From positions 1 through 63,551 of the forward strand of contig JAMDHS010000109.1 in NCBI GenBank assembly GCA_029717555.1: a stretch of 63,551 nt of DNA, in the 5' to 3' direction. The notes below the pieces were generated by a model, which had not been told where the DNA came from, made no database searches, and saw nothing but the letters and a program-made list of their open reading frames with translations. A program made the translations under genes and the position numbers. Source of the stretch: Peribolospora baueri. Taxonomy: Eukaryota. Positions 25,401 through 37,300 of the stretch are shown in pieces. The first letter of the stretch is position 1. Each line of letters begins with the position of its first letter.

Positions 25401-28058
25401 CCGCCTCAGAGGCTGTCTCGTCCGTCCCGACGCCGACGTAAGGCTCTAACCATCGCCCACCGAGGTCACTGAACATGTCCTCGAAGGAGTCGCTCATCGG
25501 CGCTGAGCAGACAGATCCGAGTTCGGCAAGGAAAGCGTTCAGAATGGCGGGAGGTATGGAAGAGAAGATGATGGAGGACAGGTGGAAGAGTCGCAACAAG
25601 TTGGCGACGGTCGTGGACTCCGTAGGCGGAAGATGGCACCTGGCCAAAGTCGCCGAGAGGAGCCCTGTGAGCCGACTCAGTTGGGTCGAAGAAATCACAC
25701 AAGACTCGTCCAAAGCTGGACGGTCGCCTGTTTCTTCTTCGTTGTTGGCTAGGCGACTCAAGAACTCCAACTCGTCCTCCCGCACGATGGTGCCCACCCG
25801 CTCTCGGCAGAGCCAGAACAGAACACCTCTGCGCTCCTCAATGGCGAGAGCGAGTCCCCACTTCGCTTGCCTCTCGAGCGCCTCACAGAGCCATACGAGC
25901 CGTAGCCACTCCATCTTCACGCGTGTCCTGAACGACTCGTAGAGAAAGGCGCCCGTCTGCGGGCTGGTCTCCAGCGAGACGTGACAAGCCACGATGCTAG
26001 CGACGCGTTCGGCCAGGGTTGGATATCCGACAAGCAGGGCAGGGGGGCATTGAGAGCCTTCATGTTCGGCCAAGAGAAGACGCTCGTACTCCTTGATGGC
26101 CTGCTCGATCGTGAGGGCAGAGTAACGACCGGGCTCGAAGATGCGTTCCATGAACACCTCTGAGACGTCTCTTGTGCTGTCGTGCTGCAAGACCTCATCG
26201 AAGTACACGCCGTCGAGGATGGCCGGCCTGCCCAGCACGGCCGATGCGGGCGAAAAAGGAGATACGGTCGTGGTGGCAAATGACGGGGCGATGGTCGTCC
26301 AGACGTCCTGATCTGCATAGGTCGTAGATTTGTCCTCGCCGACCTCCTCGATGGTCGTCTCCGCGAGAAGGCCTGTCCTCGTGCCTCCAAGGCCAGCGAG
26401 CGTAGCGAACTTGATGACCGTGCGATTCTGAACCTCCCAGAGGGTCCAAAGCGTCCAGTCGCGCGATGAGTCCGTCTCTTCTCCTCGCCCATCCGCCCGT
26501 ACATCCTCGTCCACCTGGCCCGCGGTAGGATTGAATCGCTTGATCTGGATGTCCCTCAGCTCTGCGCCACCCCCCTGCACTTCCTCATCGCACGTTTGGT
26601 CCCACTGAAACTCCATGTCGACGAGTTGACCGGAAGAATCTGTGACGAGACCGTAGCACACGAAGAAGTTGGGGTTCGCGGTTGTCGTCAAGGGTTCGGG
26701 GGACCCGCCGCGGGTGACGGTGAGGACCGTAGAAGGGATGAAGACAATGAGGTAGTGGCTGAATGGGCTATCCTCGTCAGGGTCCGAAGTTATGATGCGG
26801 AGCAGAGGTCGCGCGGTGGGCGGGAAAACCGATGCCGCCTCTTGAAGCTCCTTGCCGCTGGCACCTGCTCGGTCGAGCTGCAATCTCCACTCGTCCTCTG
26901 CTAGGTCCGGCTTGGTGGGAAGGTCAAACTGGCGTAAGCAGTTCTCTGCGTTCAGTGCCCACACGCGGAGCTTGCGATCGCGTGAGACGGTGAACGCGTA
27001 GCCAGGCTTCTCTTCTACGGTCAGAGATGTCATCGAGAGCACGTGTGTCGGTGCAGATGTGAACACTGGAAGAAAAGGCAGGATCGGAGACGTGGCTACC
27101 ATGGACTGGCTCTTGGAACCAAAGGGCAAAAGCGATCGCACGCCGGAAAAAAGCGAGCTCGATCGGAGGTGTGTGACCCGGAAACTACCTGTGCAAGGAC
27201 AGGAAGAACGCACAACGATCAGCAAATTAGAACCCATGCGCGACAAGAATTGCGACGACGCGCACTTTTATAGAAATGAAGGTGTCCGTCACTAACGAAA
27301 CCTTCTTTTGATCGCGCCTGGTCGATCTTGACGAGGCTTCCATCAGCGCAAGCCACGAGGACGGAGTCGATGCTTGAGGAGGTGACGAGCGTCGGTACCT
27401 TCCCCTGCGAACCAGCCGCGCCTGGTAAAGCTGCCGTCGCTCCAGCACCCGTCGCGGACAATGTTGAGACATCGAGATCCATGCCCACGCCTTGGACATC
27501 GTATTCCTCCCACCAGTGCGCGGGTAAGGGTTCGGTGTAAAAGAGGTGAGGCCGAGGGAAAGAGAGACGGTACAGCTGTCCCGAAGCCGTAAAGGCGAGG
27601 ACGTGAAGGGCGGAGGCTTGTGCGTCAGAGTACAGAGCGACGTCGGGTACGATAGGGGATGGGAAAAGAATGCGGACCGGAGGAAGGGGCGGCGCTTCGT
27701 CTAGAGAAGGTGAGAATGCGGATGCGCCACTCTCGTCCTCCAAAATTCGCGCGACGGCGACCCCATTGGGGGTGGACGGTTCTTGAACAGGAACGCCAAG
27801 GTTCATCCACCTGAGCTCGAGGGCGTAACCATTTTCGACAAGGCGTACGAGAACGAACCCCTCCGCAGAGCTGGTGCTCACTGGGGGGAACCACGTCGTC
27901 ACATATAGGGCATGATCCGGGTGGACAAAGTCGGAGGACGGCCGACGCGCGCTTGAGGAGGACGCGCGTCCGGATGGAATGATGTGAGGAGAAGCAAGCT
28001 TGAGGGGGGAGAAGGAGTCGAGGTGTACGGACGACTGCCGGAAAGTGAAGGTGGTCAT
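22451..28058 (-). CDS. NUP120: Nucleoporin Nup120/Nup160 (Y-complex), multi-exon
   Basis: AFTVSRDRKLRVWAL, FMERIFEPGRYS, LVSVMCETSEVALLTRLPFSGFQAYVEQMLSFRARN...NYHQVLYAYYMFRGDYRS|AAQTMYEQA, QARSYLAAINALALVD, WLPYTLFDELL. Confidence 0.88.
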
Positions 28059-28808
28059 CGTTGGGTGAAGACAAAAGAGGCTGCTTCGCTTGCCCAGAGA
28101 GGCTGGAGTAAGGCAGCGCGGACAGAGGAGCAAATGGCCCAATGCTCCCCTTGTTACACGGTAAACCGAGGGTGACAAAGGGCAGCTGAGCGCTTGCTCT
28201 TGCCGAGCAGCTCGGTGAAGTGCGGCAGGGAGGTGGAAGTGTGATGGATGGGTGGGTGGATGGAATGAATGCGACGAGCGGCCTTGGAATTCCTCAGCGG
28301 TGGATTATCTCCGCGTATCGACGTCGATCATCCTCGTGACCTCAGACGACTGGACCGAGCGGCAAAAGATCGCGACGGACCTTTCTACACTTGCGAAGGC
28401 CTTCTCGAACAAGGACAAGCAAACCCGTCGGATTACACTCGAGGAAGACAACCTCACAGGCGTAGAAAGATGAGGTAAACTGGGCGTCGACGACGGCAAG
28501 ATGAATACGTCAAAACCGGAAGCATGAGCTAGGCTAGACGGGGTTCGTTACAGGCGTAAAAGGGAAGAAGAAAATGTGTGTACGGCCGGACTGACTACAT
28601 GCGTGGGAGGACTCATTGATGACAGGCGAGGGAAGGGAGGGAACAAATGAGACAAGACGGAGAGGGTTAGGTGGGGCTAAGCGGGCTGATGGGGGGGTGA
28701 CTAGTGAGCAGCTGCGCAACATTTAAGGAAATGAGGAAAACGGAATGGAAACGGAGAATGGAGAAACGAGAGGCAATAAGGGCAGAAACGTCTTCAGACC
28801 CCTTGATC

Positions 28809-30002
28809 CTACTCCTTCTTCTCCTCCTTGGCCTCGGACTCCTCCTCCTTCTTCTCCTCCTTGGCCTCGGACTCCTCCTCCTTCTTCTCCTCCTCCTTAG
28901 TCTCCTCCTCCTTAGTCTCCTCGGTAGCTCCGCCGGCCACCGAGGGCGCCTCGCCCTCGGCAACGGCGCCCTTGAGGCCCTCGTTAAGCTTCTGACCCGC
29001 CTCGAACTGCTCCTTGAACTGGTTGGCATCTGTAGAAGAGTGATGGGTGAACAAAGGGGATCAGACGCTTTGGCATAGAAATGGGTCGTTGCCCCTCTCC
29101 CGGGAGAGGACAAAATTGACGAGGAAGAACGGCATTCACTCTCAGAGTTGGCGAAGCGGATGGCAAGCGTCTCCGCGCTAGCCTCGCCATCAGCGACGTC
29201 GGCGGCGACGTTCCACACCCAGGAACGGTCCGAGCCAACGTTCGGGGCCAGCTTCATGTCGGGGGTGACTGTCTCGTCAGCAAGAGTCCATCCAATCAAG
29301 AAGTATGATCCGTAAGTCAGCATCCGTCCGCGACGCAACAACCAGCCTGCCCGTAGTCTGACCGCGAACCGTGCGTCAGCGATCAGGCGAGATCAGAGGC
29401 GACGCGCTACTCACGGTAATGGTTAGCGCACACCTTGAGCGTCTTGTCTCGGCGCATGACAAGGCGGACCTTCTTGGACTCCTTGTGCTGGAGCAGCCTC
29501 ACGTCGCCCGTGCCGCGCTCCTTCCATTCCTTGGATTCTTTGGCGAAGCGGAAGAGCTTGGCGCGCCTGGTGGCCAGAAAAAGGGATGGCGGAGAGGGTA
29601 TAGGTGAAGCATGAATCGAAGAAAGTAGCACGTAAGCGAGGATCAGTCGTAAGAGTCGACATCGTTTAGAGTGTTGGCTTCCACTCACATCTTGAAGAGC
29701 ACGTCCTCGTCCTCCTCGTGAGTCTTCGTCTCGACCTGGTCGAGCTTGACAAGAGGCTCAAAATTAGGGTCATTTTCAACGTTCTCCGCCTCCTCAGGCT
29801 GTGTCATAGAAAACAACAGTGGAAAGATAATGCAAAGTTAAAGGCTGATCGAGCGTAAAGATGATAAGGACGCCATCCAGCTCCGCACTAGCCCGGTGAA
29901 GCGTCCGTCGAACGAGCAGCTCCCACGGCCGATTCAAGCACCTCCATTTGCCTTTCTCACCTTGGCGGCGGCGACGGGCTCCTTGGGCTCGGTGTCGGCC
30001 AT
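28809..30002 (-). CDS. YRB1: Ran-binding protein 1 (RanBP1/Yrb1)
   Basis: [94 protein letters not shown]; acidic repeated tail ([11 protein letters not shown] x2). Confidence 0.95.
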
Positions 30003-30381
30003 TTTTGATGTGGCAAAAAGAGAAGGGTCTAGTGGTATACGGGGGCGTGAGGAAGTGAAGGAACGAAAAATGCAACAAGGGGGATATGCCCGTGGTGGGA
30101 GATAGTGAGGTCCGCCTCCACAGTCAACTCTTCCCTTTCACCCCCATTCGACCAGCAGCCGAGAAGCAAACGCAGGCGCACGCGGCTAACCCTAACTGCA
30201 GATACTGCTGCGGCCGCTGCGGCGGGCGAGTCGAGCGGTCTTCGACGGCCAGCTCAACGCACGCACGACGAGCCCCATCCCGACCGATCACGACCAGCGA
30301 GCCACTTAAGTCACGCCCACGGTGGCACCGCGGCCCTCACGACGACAACCCATTGCCCCTTTCATCCTCTCCTACTCCTTC

Positions 30382-31600
30382 ATGCTCTTCCTAGCCGTTT
30401 TCCTTGCCCTCCTCGGGCTGTCTTCGCTCGCGCGGGCGCACATGATCGAGCTCCCGCCAGCAAGCAAGGAGTGCTTCTTCGAGGACCTTCATCAGGGTGA
30501 TCAGGTGTGTTGATCTGCAGAGAGTGCTCCATCGTTCGTGCTCGGGAGAGACCGCGTTCCTCAAATTTGTTTGAGAGAGAGTCTTTGCTCAGCTGAAATG
30601 AATGAACGTGTATCGTGTTGGTGTCTCCATGGCGCAGATGACGCTCACGTATCAAGTCGGAGGAGGAGGTCATCTCGACATCGACGTCTGGGTGAGCATA
30701 TCTCTTCTTTAGACCCTTTTTTTCTTTGCATCGGCTCACAGGGACATTTTCTCTCCGGTTCCGATTCCATTTGCGCAGCTCCGCTCTCCACAAGGTTATG
30801 ACATGTTCAAGCAGTTGAAAAAGGACACGGGAACATACTCCTTCACGGCTTCCGACGATGGTCGATACACCTACTGCTTTAGCAACGACTTTAGCACGGT
30901 CAGCGATAAGACTGTTAGGTGAGTTCGACCCATCTATGATATGGCGTTGTTTGTTTGGCAATGAACTCAGAAGCTGATGCCTCCTTCCGCTTCCCCCTGT
31001 TTACTCTTATCCCTTCCATTGCGGCCATCCTGCTTTCTTACACGTAGCTTCAATGTGCACGGAATTATCTACGTGCCAGACGATGGCGAAACGCTACCGA
31101 TTGAGAAGGAGATTCGGGAGCTGGCGGCGGGCTTGCAGACGGTCAAAGATGAGCAAGAGTACTTGGTCATCAGGGAGCGGGTGCACAGGAATAGTGAGTT
31201 ACACCGTCTCCTTCAACGTATTAAAAGGCCCTCATATCGGTCCCATCCCTTCTTGGGCGTGTGGGTCAACAGTGGGCGTGCTGACTGACTGATCTATGGT
31301 TTCCTGGGATCTTGCGGTCTCTTGCTTGCTCGTGTCCACTTTAACCAGCGGCCGAGTCTACCAACGCGAGGGTAAAGTGGTGGTCCCTCATTCAGGCCAT
31401 GATCCTCATTTGCGTGTGCTCATGGCAGGTCTATTATCTCAAGCGGTGAGTGGGCCTGCCGGTCGCCCTTCAACAAGCCAACCACAGCGGCAGCTCGCTC
31501 GTGTACGAACCGTCCTTCGCACGTCTGGGTGTTGATTCATATTTCTTGGTCCGTGTCTGCTCTATTCCACAGGCATTTCGAAGTCAAGCGCATCTACTGA
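30382..31600 (+). CDS. EMP24: p24 family cargo receptor (Emp24/TMED2, GOLD domain)
   Basis: Signal peptide, KECFFEDLHQGDQ|MTLTYQVGGGGHLDIDVW, GRYTYCFSN, VKDEQEYLVIRERVHRN|AESTNARVKWWS, QVYYLKR|HFEVKRIY*. Confidence 0.93.
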
Positions 31601-32128
31601 GCTTTGGTTCTTCCTACTCGATACCACCTCGTTTACACACCGAGCTGGCTCATATGTCGTACTATTCGCACTTTAATAGAGGCTGGGCAATGGAAGTCGT
31701 CGTTGATCCGCTTCACACGAACGTATGGACGAGAAATCTAACAGCTGGAAAGAGAAAGGGCGCAAGCTTGAGGCTGGTCTCGAAAGGTCCAACGTTCGTG
31801 CGGGAGAGAGAAAGAGCACGAAGCGGGGCCGAAACGAGAGCGCTCGTGCAAGAGTACCCGACCAGAGACGTGGATTGCTGCACGCCGAGAACAATCGGCA
31901 ATCTCTGCAGGAGGGAAGGAAAAGCCTGGTTTTACAGCGTCTGTTATTAATACGAACAGGAAGGCGGCGTTCGGTTTGCGGACGTCCTCGTAGTTCTGAT
32001 GCACGTGACTGGAATGGAAATTGACCTCGATCGTATTCGCCTTCGTCTTCCTGGGCAGTTCTGGAGGAAGGAAACGTCCTTGTCTATCCATGCCCTCCGT
32101 CGCTCTCCTCGAAGACGCCACTGTCGCC

Positions 32129-33037
32129 ATGTCTGTTCATACATCCTCCCAAATTACATCCTTGGCGCCCACGGGAGCGGCAGGGCTGGCGCCACCGCCG
32201 CCGATGCTAGGCGACCTCGACGACCTCAATCACCTCGAAGAGACGTTCTACCGCACAGGTTACGACGCAGGGTTCGAGCACGGAAAGCTCCACGGGACGT
32301 TTGAGGGGAGGGAGCTTGGAAGGCAGAAGGGCTTTGACGTTTGGGAGGAGGTCGGGTACTACGAAGGCATGGCCGAATTTTGGCTCGCCATCGCAGAGAG
32401 TGGCCGGCAGAAGTGAGCCTGTGTGCCCTGTCCAGTCTCGCTCAAGGCATCTCTCTTTTTCTTTCTCTTAACGTGTCCTCCCAATGATGGATCTATTTCT
32501 CATTCGATTAGCCGAGCTTCTCAAAGACACCTCCGCCATATTGGAGCGCTCCAAACGCTCATTGCACGCTTCCCCACCGCCAATGACTCCTCCGTCCTCG
32601 ACTCTACGCCTGCTCACAAAGCTGGCGAAAACGACGAAACCATGGCGGTCGATTCGAGCGCTGTACCGAATGGAGATGTCCGAGACCACAAGGACGACGA
32701 AGACGCAATGATGGGGGATGGCGAAGGCGCAGACGGGTCGTCGGAAGGAGACAAGCAAGGCGACATTTCCACTCAGCTTGAACGCATCCGCGCTCGATAC
32801 CGTCTCCTGTGCTCCTCTCTTGGCGTGAGACCACGCTCAACCGTTCCGGAGGATGTGGGGCTGGACGGTGCACTGGCTCTTCCCGAGGATGGTAATGACA
32901 ACACCGGAAGCGGAGACCGAGTGGTAGGGCGGAGGACGGCCACGGGGAGGGGTGGGGAGGAGACGGTACAGGGCGGAAGGGATCGCAGGGTGTTGATAGG
33001 TGGCACGATGGTCGATACTCGCAAGCTCGCGTACTGA
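32129..33037 (+). CDS. LTO1: Lto1/ORAOV1 (Yae1_N deca-GX3 domain), Fe-S assembly adaptor for Rli1
   Basis: LEETFYRTGYDAGFEHGKLHGTFEGRELGRQKGFDVWEEVGYYEG (GX3 repeats); LERIRARYRLLCSSLGVRPR. Confidence 0.82.
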
Positions 33038-33376
33038 GGGCCAGCGACCAGCTCAGATGACCAAGACCAACATTCAGACCGGCGAACTTTTTTTTTGTCA
33101 CCGACTCTTGTCGTCGGCGGCGACTTCAACCTCTGGGGCGAAGCCATGATACCTATGCTTGAAGCGCTCGAGATGGCTACATTACGACCAAGACAGACTA
33201 GGAGAAGAGAGATGACCGGGAAGAATACGAACTAGGAGACGAGGCGTGACAGGCGTGGATGTGATGGCGATGCTCACGAAAGGGAGAAACGCCACAAGCC
33301 GACAGGAAGGCTGAGAGGAAGGCGGTGGGAGGCGGTCGCCGTAAGCGAAGGCCCTTGTTTTGCTTCTTTTTGCTCG

Positions 33377-33680
33377 TCATGGACGCGGCTCGGTCGAGTG
33401 GACGCTAACCGCTTTCTTCCCCCGCAGCTCGACCGCCAACGCTACCTCGTCCAAGAGCGCCTCCGTCGGTGACTTGCCTGTCCCACCCTTCTCCACCTCC
33501 GACGCCCTTGCCTGACCTCTATCCACCTCCCTTCCCCCACCGCCCAGTCTCCTCCTCCGCCACCGCCTCCTCCTCCCACAACGCCGCACCCGCCTCCAAG
33601 CTCCCCTTCTCCGCCTCCGGCCCCGTCGCCGTCCAGCTCGGGCCCTTGGTGTCGCCGCCGGCGTCGCCGTCCTCTTCTGA
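33377..33680 (+). pseudogene. Inverted 3' part of the CFEM gene: intron 3' half, Ser/Thr/Ala stalk exons and GPI-signal tail
   Basis: Branch GCTAAC and CAG acceptor at 33427; exon 33428-33468 (STANATSSKSASV); intron; exon 33548-33680 (SSSATASSSHNAAPASKLPFSASGPVAVQLG, then after a 1-nt shift ALGVAAGVAVLF*). Splice phase matches exon 2. Confidence 0.8.
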
Positions 33681-33686
33681 TCTCAC

Positions 33687-34050
33687 CCGGTGACGTTGGA
33701 GCACCCCTGCTGCAGGAGGGCGAGACCGGCCTGCTGGTTGGCGGCGGAGCAGCTTGCCTGGAGGCAGGTGCTAATGGAGGTCACGGCCATGTTGGTGCAG
33801 ATGCAGGTGAGGTTGGCTGTATGGGAGAGTTGGCGGTGAGCGTGAGTGGTCGTGTGGGTCTCCGTCTATCCATCCATTCGTCCATCGCACACCGCGTCGT
33901 CGCGCCGCCGGCGCCGCTGGGCTACTCACTGACGGACGTGCAACTGAGGAGGGCTTGGTTGGTGCAGCTGAGCACGCACGGGGGCACGTTCTGGGCGAGG
34001 ACGCCGGAGAGGGTGGCGAGGAGGGAGAGGAGGGGGAGGGAGACGAGCAT
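33687..34050 (-). pseudogene. CFEM-domain GPI cell-surface protein, exons 1-2 (signal peptide + CFEM); 3' exons lie on the opposite strand
   Basis: Exon 1 34050-33930 and exon 2 33816-33687 encode MLVSLPLLSLLATLSGVLAQNVPPCVLSCTNQALLSCTSVTNLTCICTNMAVTSISTCLQASCSAANQQAGLALLQQGCSNVTG (8 Cys, CFEM spacing); donor GTGAGA at 33686-33681. Confidence 0.85.
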
Positions 34051-34130
34051 GATGGGCGGCGAGTGTGGGGCGACTAGGTGGGAGTGGTGGGAGGAGAAGA
34101 GGCGAAGGGAAGGGAAGGCGCTGGCGTGGC

Positions 34131-34136
34131 TTTATA
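34131..34136 (-). promoter_or_regulatory. TATA box of the CFEM gene
   Basis: TATAAA on the minus strand ~80 nt upstream of the ATG at 34050. Confidence 0.55.
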
Positions 34137-34374
34137 CGTATCCCCGGCGAGCCGTGCGTGCCTCAAGCGCAAGCCAGTCCAGTCGTCTTTCTTGTTTTCC
34201 TTCTTTTCTTGTCTCTCTCCCTCCTCGCCTTCTTCCTTCCCCCTGCCAGCCTCACCCGCGCCACCCCTGTTTCTGGCCCAGACGAGACAATCAAGGCAGG
34301 AGGAGGAGGAGGTCGACGGCGGAAGGATACCATCCATGAGCCCTTCGCCCGTCTTTTGTTGGTATTGGCGAGAG

Positions 34375-35674
34375 GTAAGAGCCCCCGACTTCGAGATCAC
34401 CCTGAAGCAGAAGGACCCCAAGAACCCCGTTCTCACCCATGAGAGCCCCTCGGAGCTAAAACGACTCGTCGAGGGCGCCCTTAAGACACACCACACCCTA
34501 CCCCCTTCCTCCACTGACGCCAAAGTCCGCGCCGTCAGTCGACACGCTTCTAAGGACATCCTGATCATCTTTGAATCCGCTGAGTCTGTTTCCTTTTTGA
34601 GGGAGCGCAACGGCTGGGTGGCAAAGCTGGACGGGGGTCTCCTTATCACACGTCCGACCTTCCCGATCATGATACACGCGGTCCCCCTCAGCTTTGACCC
34701 GGAGAAGGATTTGGGAGAGCTCGCGGACTCCAATGCACCCATCTTCAGGGTTGATGAGGCTAGCACAATAGAGCGCGCTGTCTGGGCCAAAAAGAACTCC
34801 CTCAATGACCCCACGAAGTCCCGCTCCTCTCTCATTGTCTACCTCTCATCTCCCGACACCGCTAACCGCGCTATCGACCGCGGCGTCGTCTACCAGAACC
34901 ATCTCCTGCGGTGTGAGAAGGCTCTCCGTCCCCCCCGCCAATGCTACAACTGCCAGCGCATGGGGCATACGTCTGACCGGTGCACGGCACCGCCTACATG
35001 CTCTCGGTGTGCTGGGTCCCACGAGACCAAGAAGTGCCCTTGCCCTAATGACCCCCCCTGCACCACACCCCGGGAGTGCACCCACTACTCACAGAGATGC
35101 GCTCTCTGCAAGTCAGTGGAGCACGACAGCTCTCACGATGACTGCCCCTTCAAAATCCGAGCCAAGACGCACCAGACTCTACTGAAGGGCCCCGGCGACC
35201 TCTACCTGGTCCCCCCCTCTCGCCGTTCTGAATGAACAGGTCGCTCCATCTCCCTTCGCTGCGCTCACCCACCCCCTCTCCGATTCCCTCCCCACAACCT
35301 ACTTCTCCCTCCCCCGCCACCACAGGGCCCCCACCCCCACTCCCTCCCCCTCCTCGCCGAACATCTACATCTCCTGCAATACAACCTCCACCACGACCGG
35401 GCATCCACCCACTCCCTACTCAATTCGTCATTCTCCGAACTGCTCGACCTCTTACTCGTCACCGAACCGTACCTACTCCCCAACTCATCCACCTCGCCAC
35501 CCTCCCACCCCTGTTGGCGCCCCTTCCTCCCCACTCCCCCTCCTCGCACACCACCCAACGCACGCGTTCGATCGGTAATCTTCGCCTCCCATAATCTCTC
35601 ACCCAACCAGGTCACCCCCCTCCCTACCCACTCCCTCGACATCTCTGCAATCCGCCTCTCCATCCCTGACTTGC
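34375..35674 (+). mobile_element. Non-LTR (LINE, Tad1-like) retrotransposon fragment: 5'-truncated ORF1 gag-like plus start of ORF2 APE endonuclease, cut by an LTR
   Basis: ORF1 to 35235 with zinc knuckles CYNCQRMGHTSDRC, CSRCAGSHETKKC, CALCKSVEHDSSHDDC; from ~35359 a frame reading HLLQYNLHHDRASTHSLLN..DLLLVTEPY...RSVIF...DISAIRL (APE motifs), ending at the LTR edge. Confidence 0.85.
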
Positions 35675-35945
35675 TGAAAGGTCTCAGGGACCTCGGTGCA
35701 CACACACGCAGACAACAGACTAGCGACCAATCTGTGGGCTGTCTGAAGGATGCGAATAGGTGTGACTTGAGGGGAGGAGAGCAAGAGTGGGCAAAGCGTT
35801 GCCAGCTCATCGCTCTCTGCGCGCGCAAGTCTGCGCACGCACCCCTCGTCACACGACCGCCCGCTCGCATAAGGCGAGCGGCAAACTACGTACATGTCCC
35901 CGGTGTCTCGCCCAAGTCCCCTCTCACTGACCCCGGATCCTAACA
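35675..35945 (-). mobile_element. 3' LTR (~271 bp) of a Ty3/Gypsy chromovirus
   Basis: Minus strand TGTTAGG...CCTTTCA with imperfect inverted ends; immediately preceded by the polypurine tract AGAGGGGGAGGG (35957-35946); interrupts LINE ORF2. Confidence 0.75.
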
Positions 35946-36093
35946 CCCTCCCCCTCTAGGCCGGCTGCCGGCCGACCTAAGAACTCATAGCCTCGTCCGT
36001 GGGCGCAACGAGGACCTCCGAAAGGGGAGGGAAAATTTGCCTCGGCCCAGAAGGGTCGGCCGAGGGGAACCCGGGATTAGTGACGGGAGAAGG

Positions 36094-36300
36094 TCAGTGA
36101 CCCTCTTTGCGCCGAGGCAGTTGCTTCGGCGTGGCAACACCCATAAGCTCCAGATAGCGATCCAGAGCCTCAGTGTCGTCTACTCCCGAGAGTGGCTCGG
36201 GTGTAACACCTCCTACAGTCCATTGGACGAAGAGGAACAACGAGTTGCCGCGCCACTCATGGCCGACAATCTTGTCGATGAACCATTCCTGGTCCGACAT
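36094..36300 (-). mobile_element. Chromodomain at the C-terminus of the Gypsy integrase
   Basis: MSDQEWFIDKIVGHEWRGNSLFLFVQWTVGGVTPEPLSGVDDTEALDRYLELMGV, upstream of the PPT and LTR on the same strand. Confidence 0.85.
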
Positions 36301-37300
36301 TTTCACGAGATCCTGGGTCATCTTGGATTCAGGAAAACATTGGCAGCTATCTGCACTCAAGTGTGCTGGCCGTTAATTTACGCAGATGTCTCTGCGTTCT
36401 GCAAGTCATGCGCGACTTGTGCGATGATTAAATCATCGACTCAAGCCCCGCTTGGGCTTGCTCATCCTCTCCCGGTACCGAGGGTACCTTGGGAGGTCAT
36501 TGCCATGGACTTTGTGGGACCCTTCCCACCGTCACATGGATTCGATTACCTCTGGGTGATCGTCGACAAGCTGACCAGCATGGTCCGGCTTGTTCCAACT
36601 ACCACCCGGGTCACAGCGAAGGAGCTTGCTAAGCTCTTCCTGGACCAGGTGTGGAAGTTTCACGGACTTCCGAACGCGATCATCAGTGACCGCGACTCGA
36701 AGTTCGTCTCCAGGTTCTGGAGAGAGCTCCGTCGACTCTTGGGCACGCAGCTGCTCATGTCGACGGCCTACCATCCCCAGACGGATGGCTCCTCGGAACG
36801 GGCGATTCGCACCGTTTCGAGTATCCTCCGAGCGTTCGTGAGCTCGGATCAGACCGACTGGTCTGACAAGCTCCCGCAAGTGGAGTTTGCCATCAATTCG
36901 ACGGTCTCTGCAACCACTGGTTGCACGCCGTTTGAATTGAACTACGGGTACACCCCATCTTCCCTCCGCCTCGTCGCGACGGAGGTCTCGTTCCCTGGTG
37001 TCCGCAAGTTTGCGGAACAGGCCAGGCTAAACTTGATGAGAGCGCATGACGCTATCATCGAGTCTCGAACGCGCTCTACAGCGCGTACTAACTCCTCTCG
37101 ACGGGAGGAGAAGACTCCGTTCAAGGAGGGAGACCTAGTCTACCTCTCGACGGAGAACCTGGCCCTGCCGAAAGGGAGAGCCAGGAAACTTTCTCCCAAG
37201 TTCATTGGGCCCTTCCGGATCACGGAAGCACGACCGGAGTCGTCCAACTACACGTTGGCACTGCCTCCGGACTTGGGGAGGATTCACCCCAAGTTTCACT
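36301..37300 (+). mobile_element. Ty3/Gypsy integrase H2C2 + catalytic core + SH3-like region, inverted relative to the rest of the element
   Basis: HEILGHLG...CKSCATC; MDFVGP (D), ISDRDSKF (D), HPQTDGSSER (E); KLSPKFIGPFRI; IHPKFHS; open frame throughout. Confidence 0.92.

Noticed and set aside
34078..34374. N-terminal part of the 385-aa LINE ORF
   Set aside because: Overlaps the CFEM promoter on the other strand, starts at GTG and is low-complexity; treated as chance read-through into the truncated ORF1.
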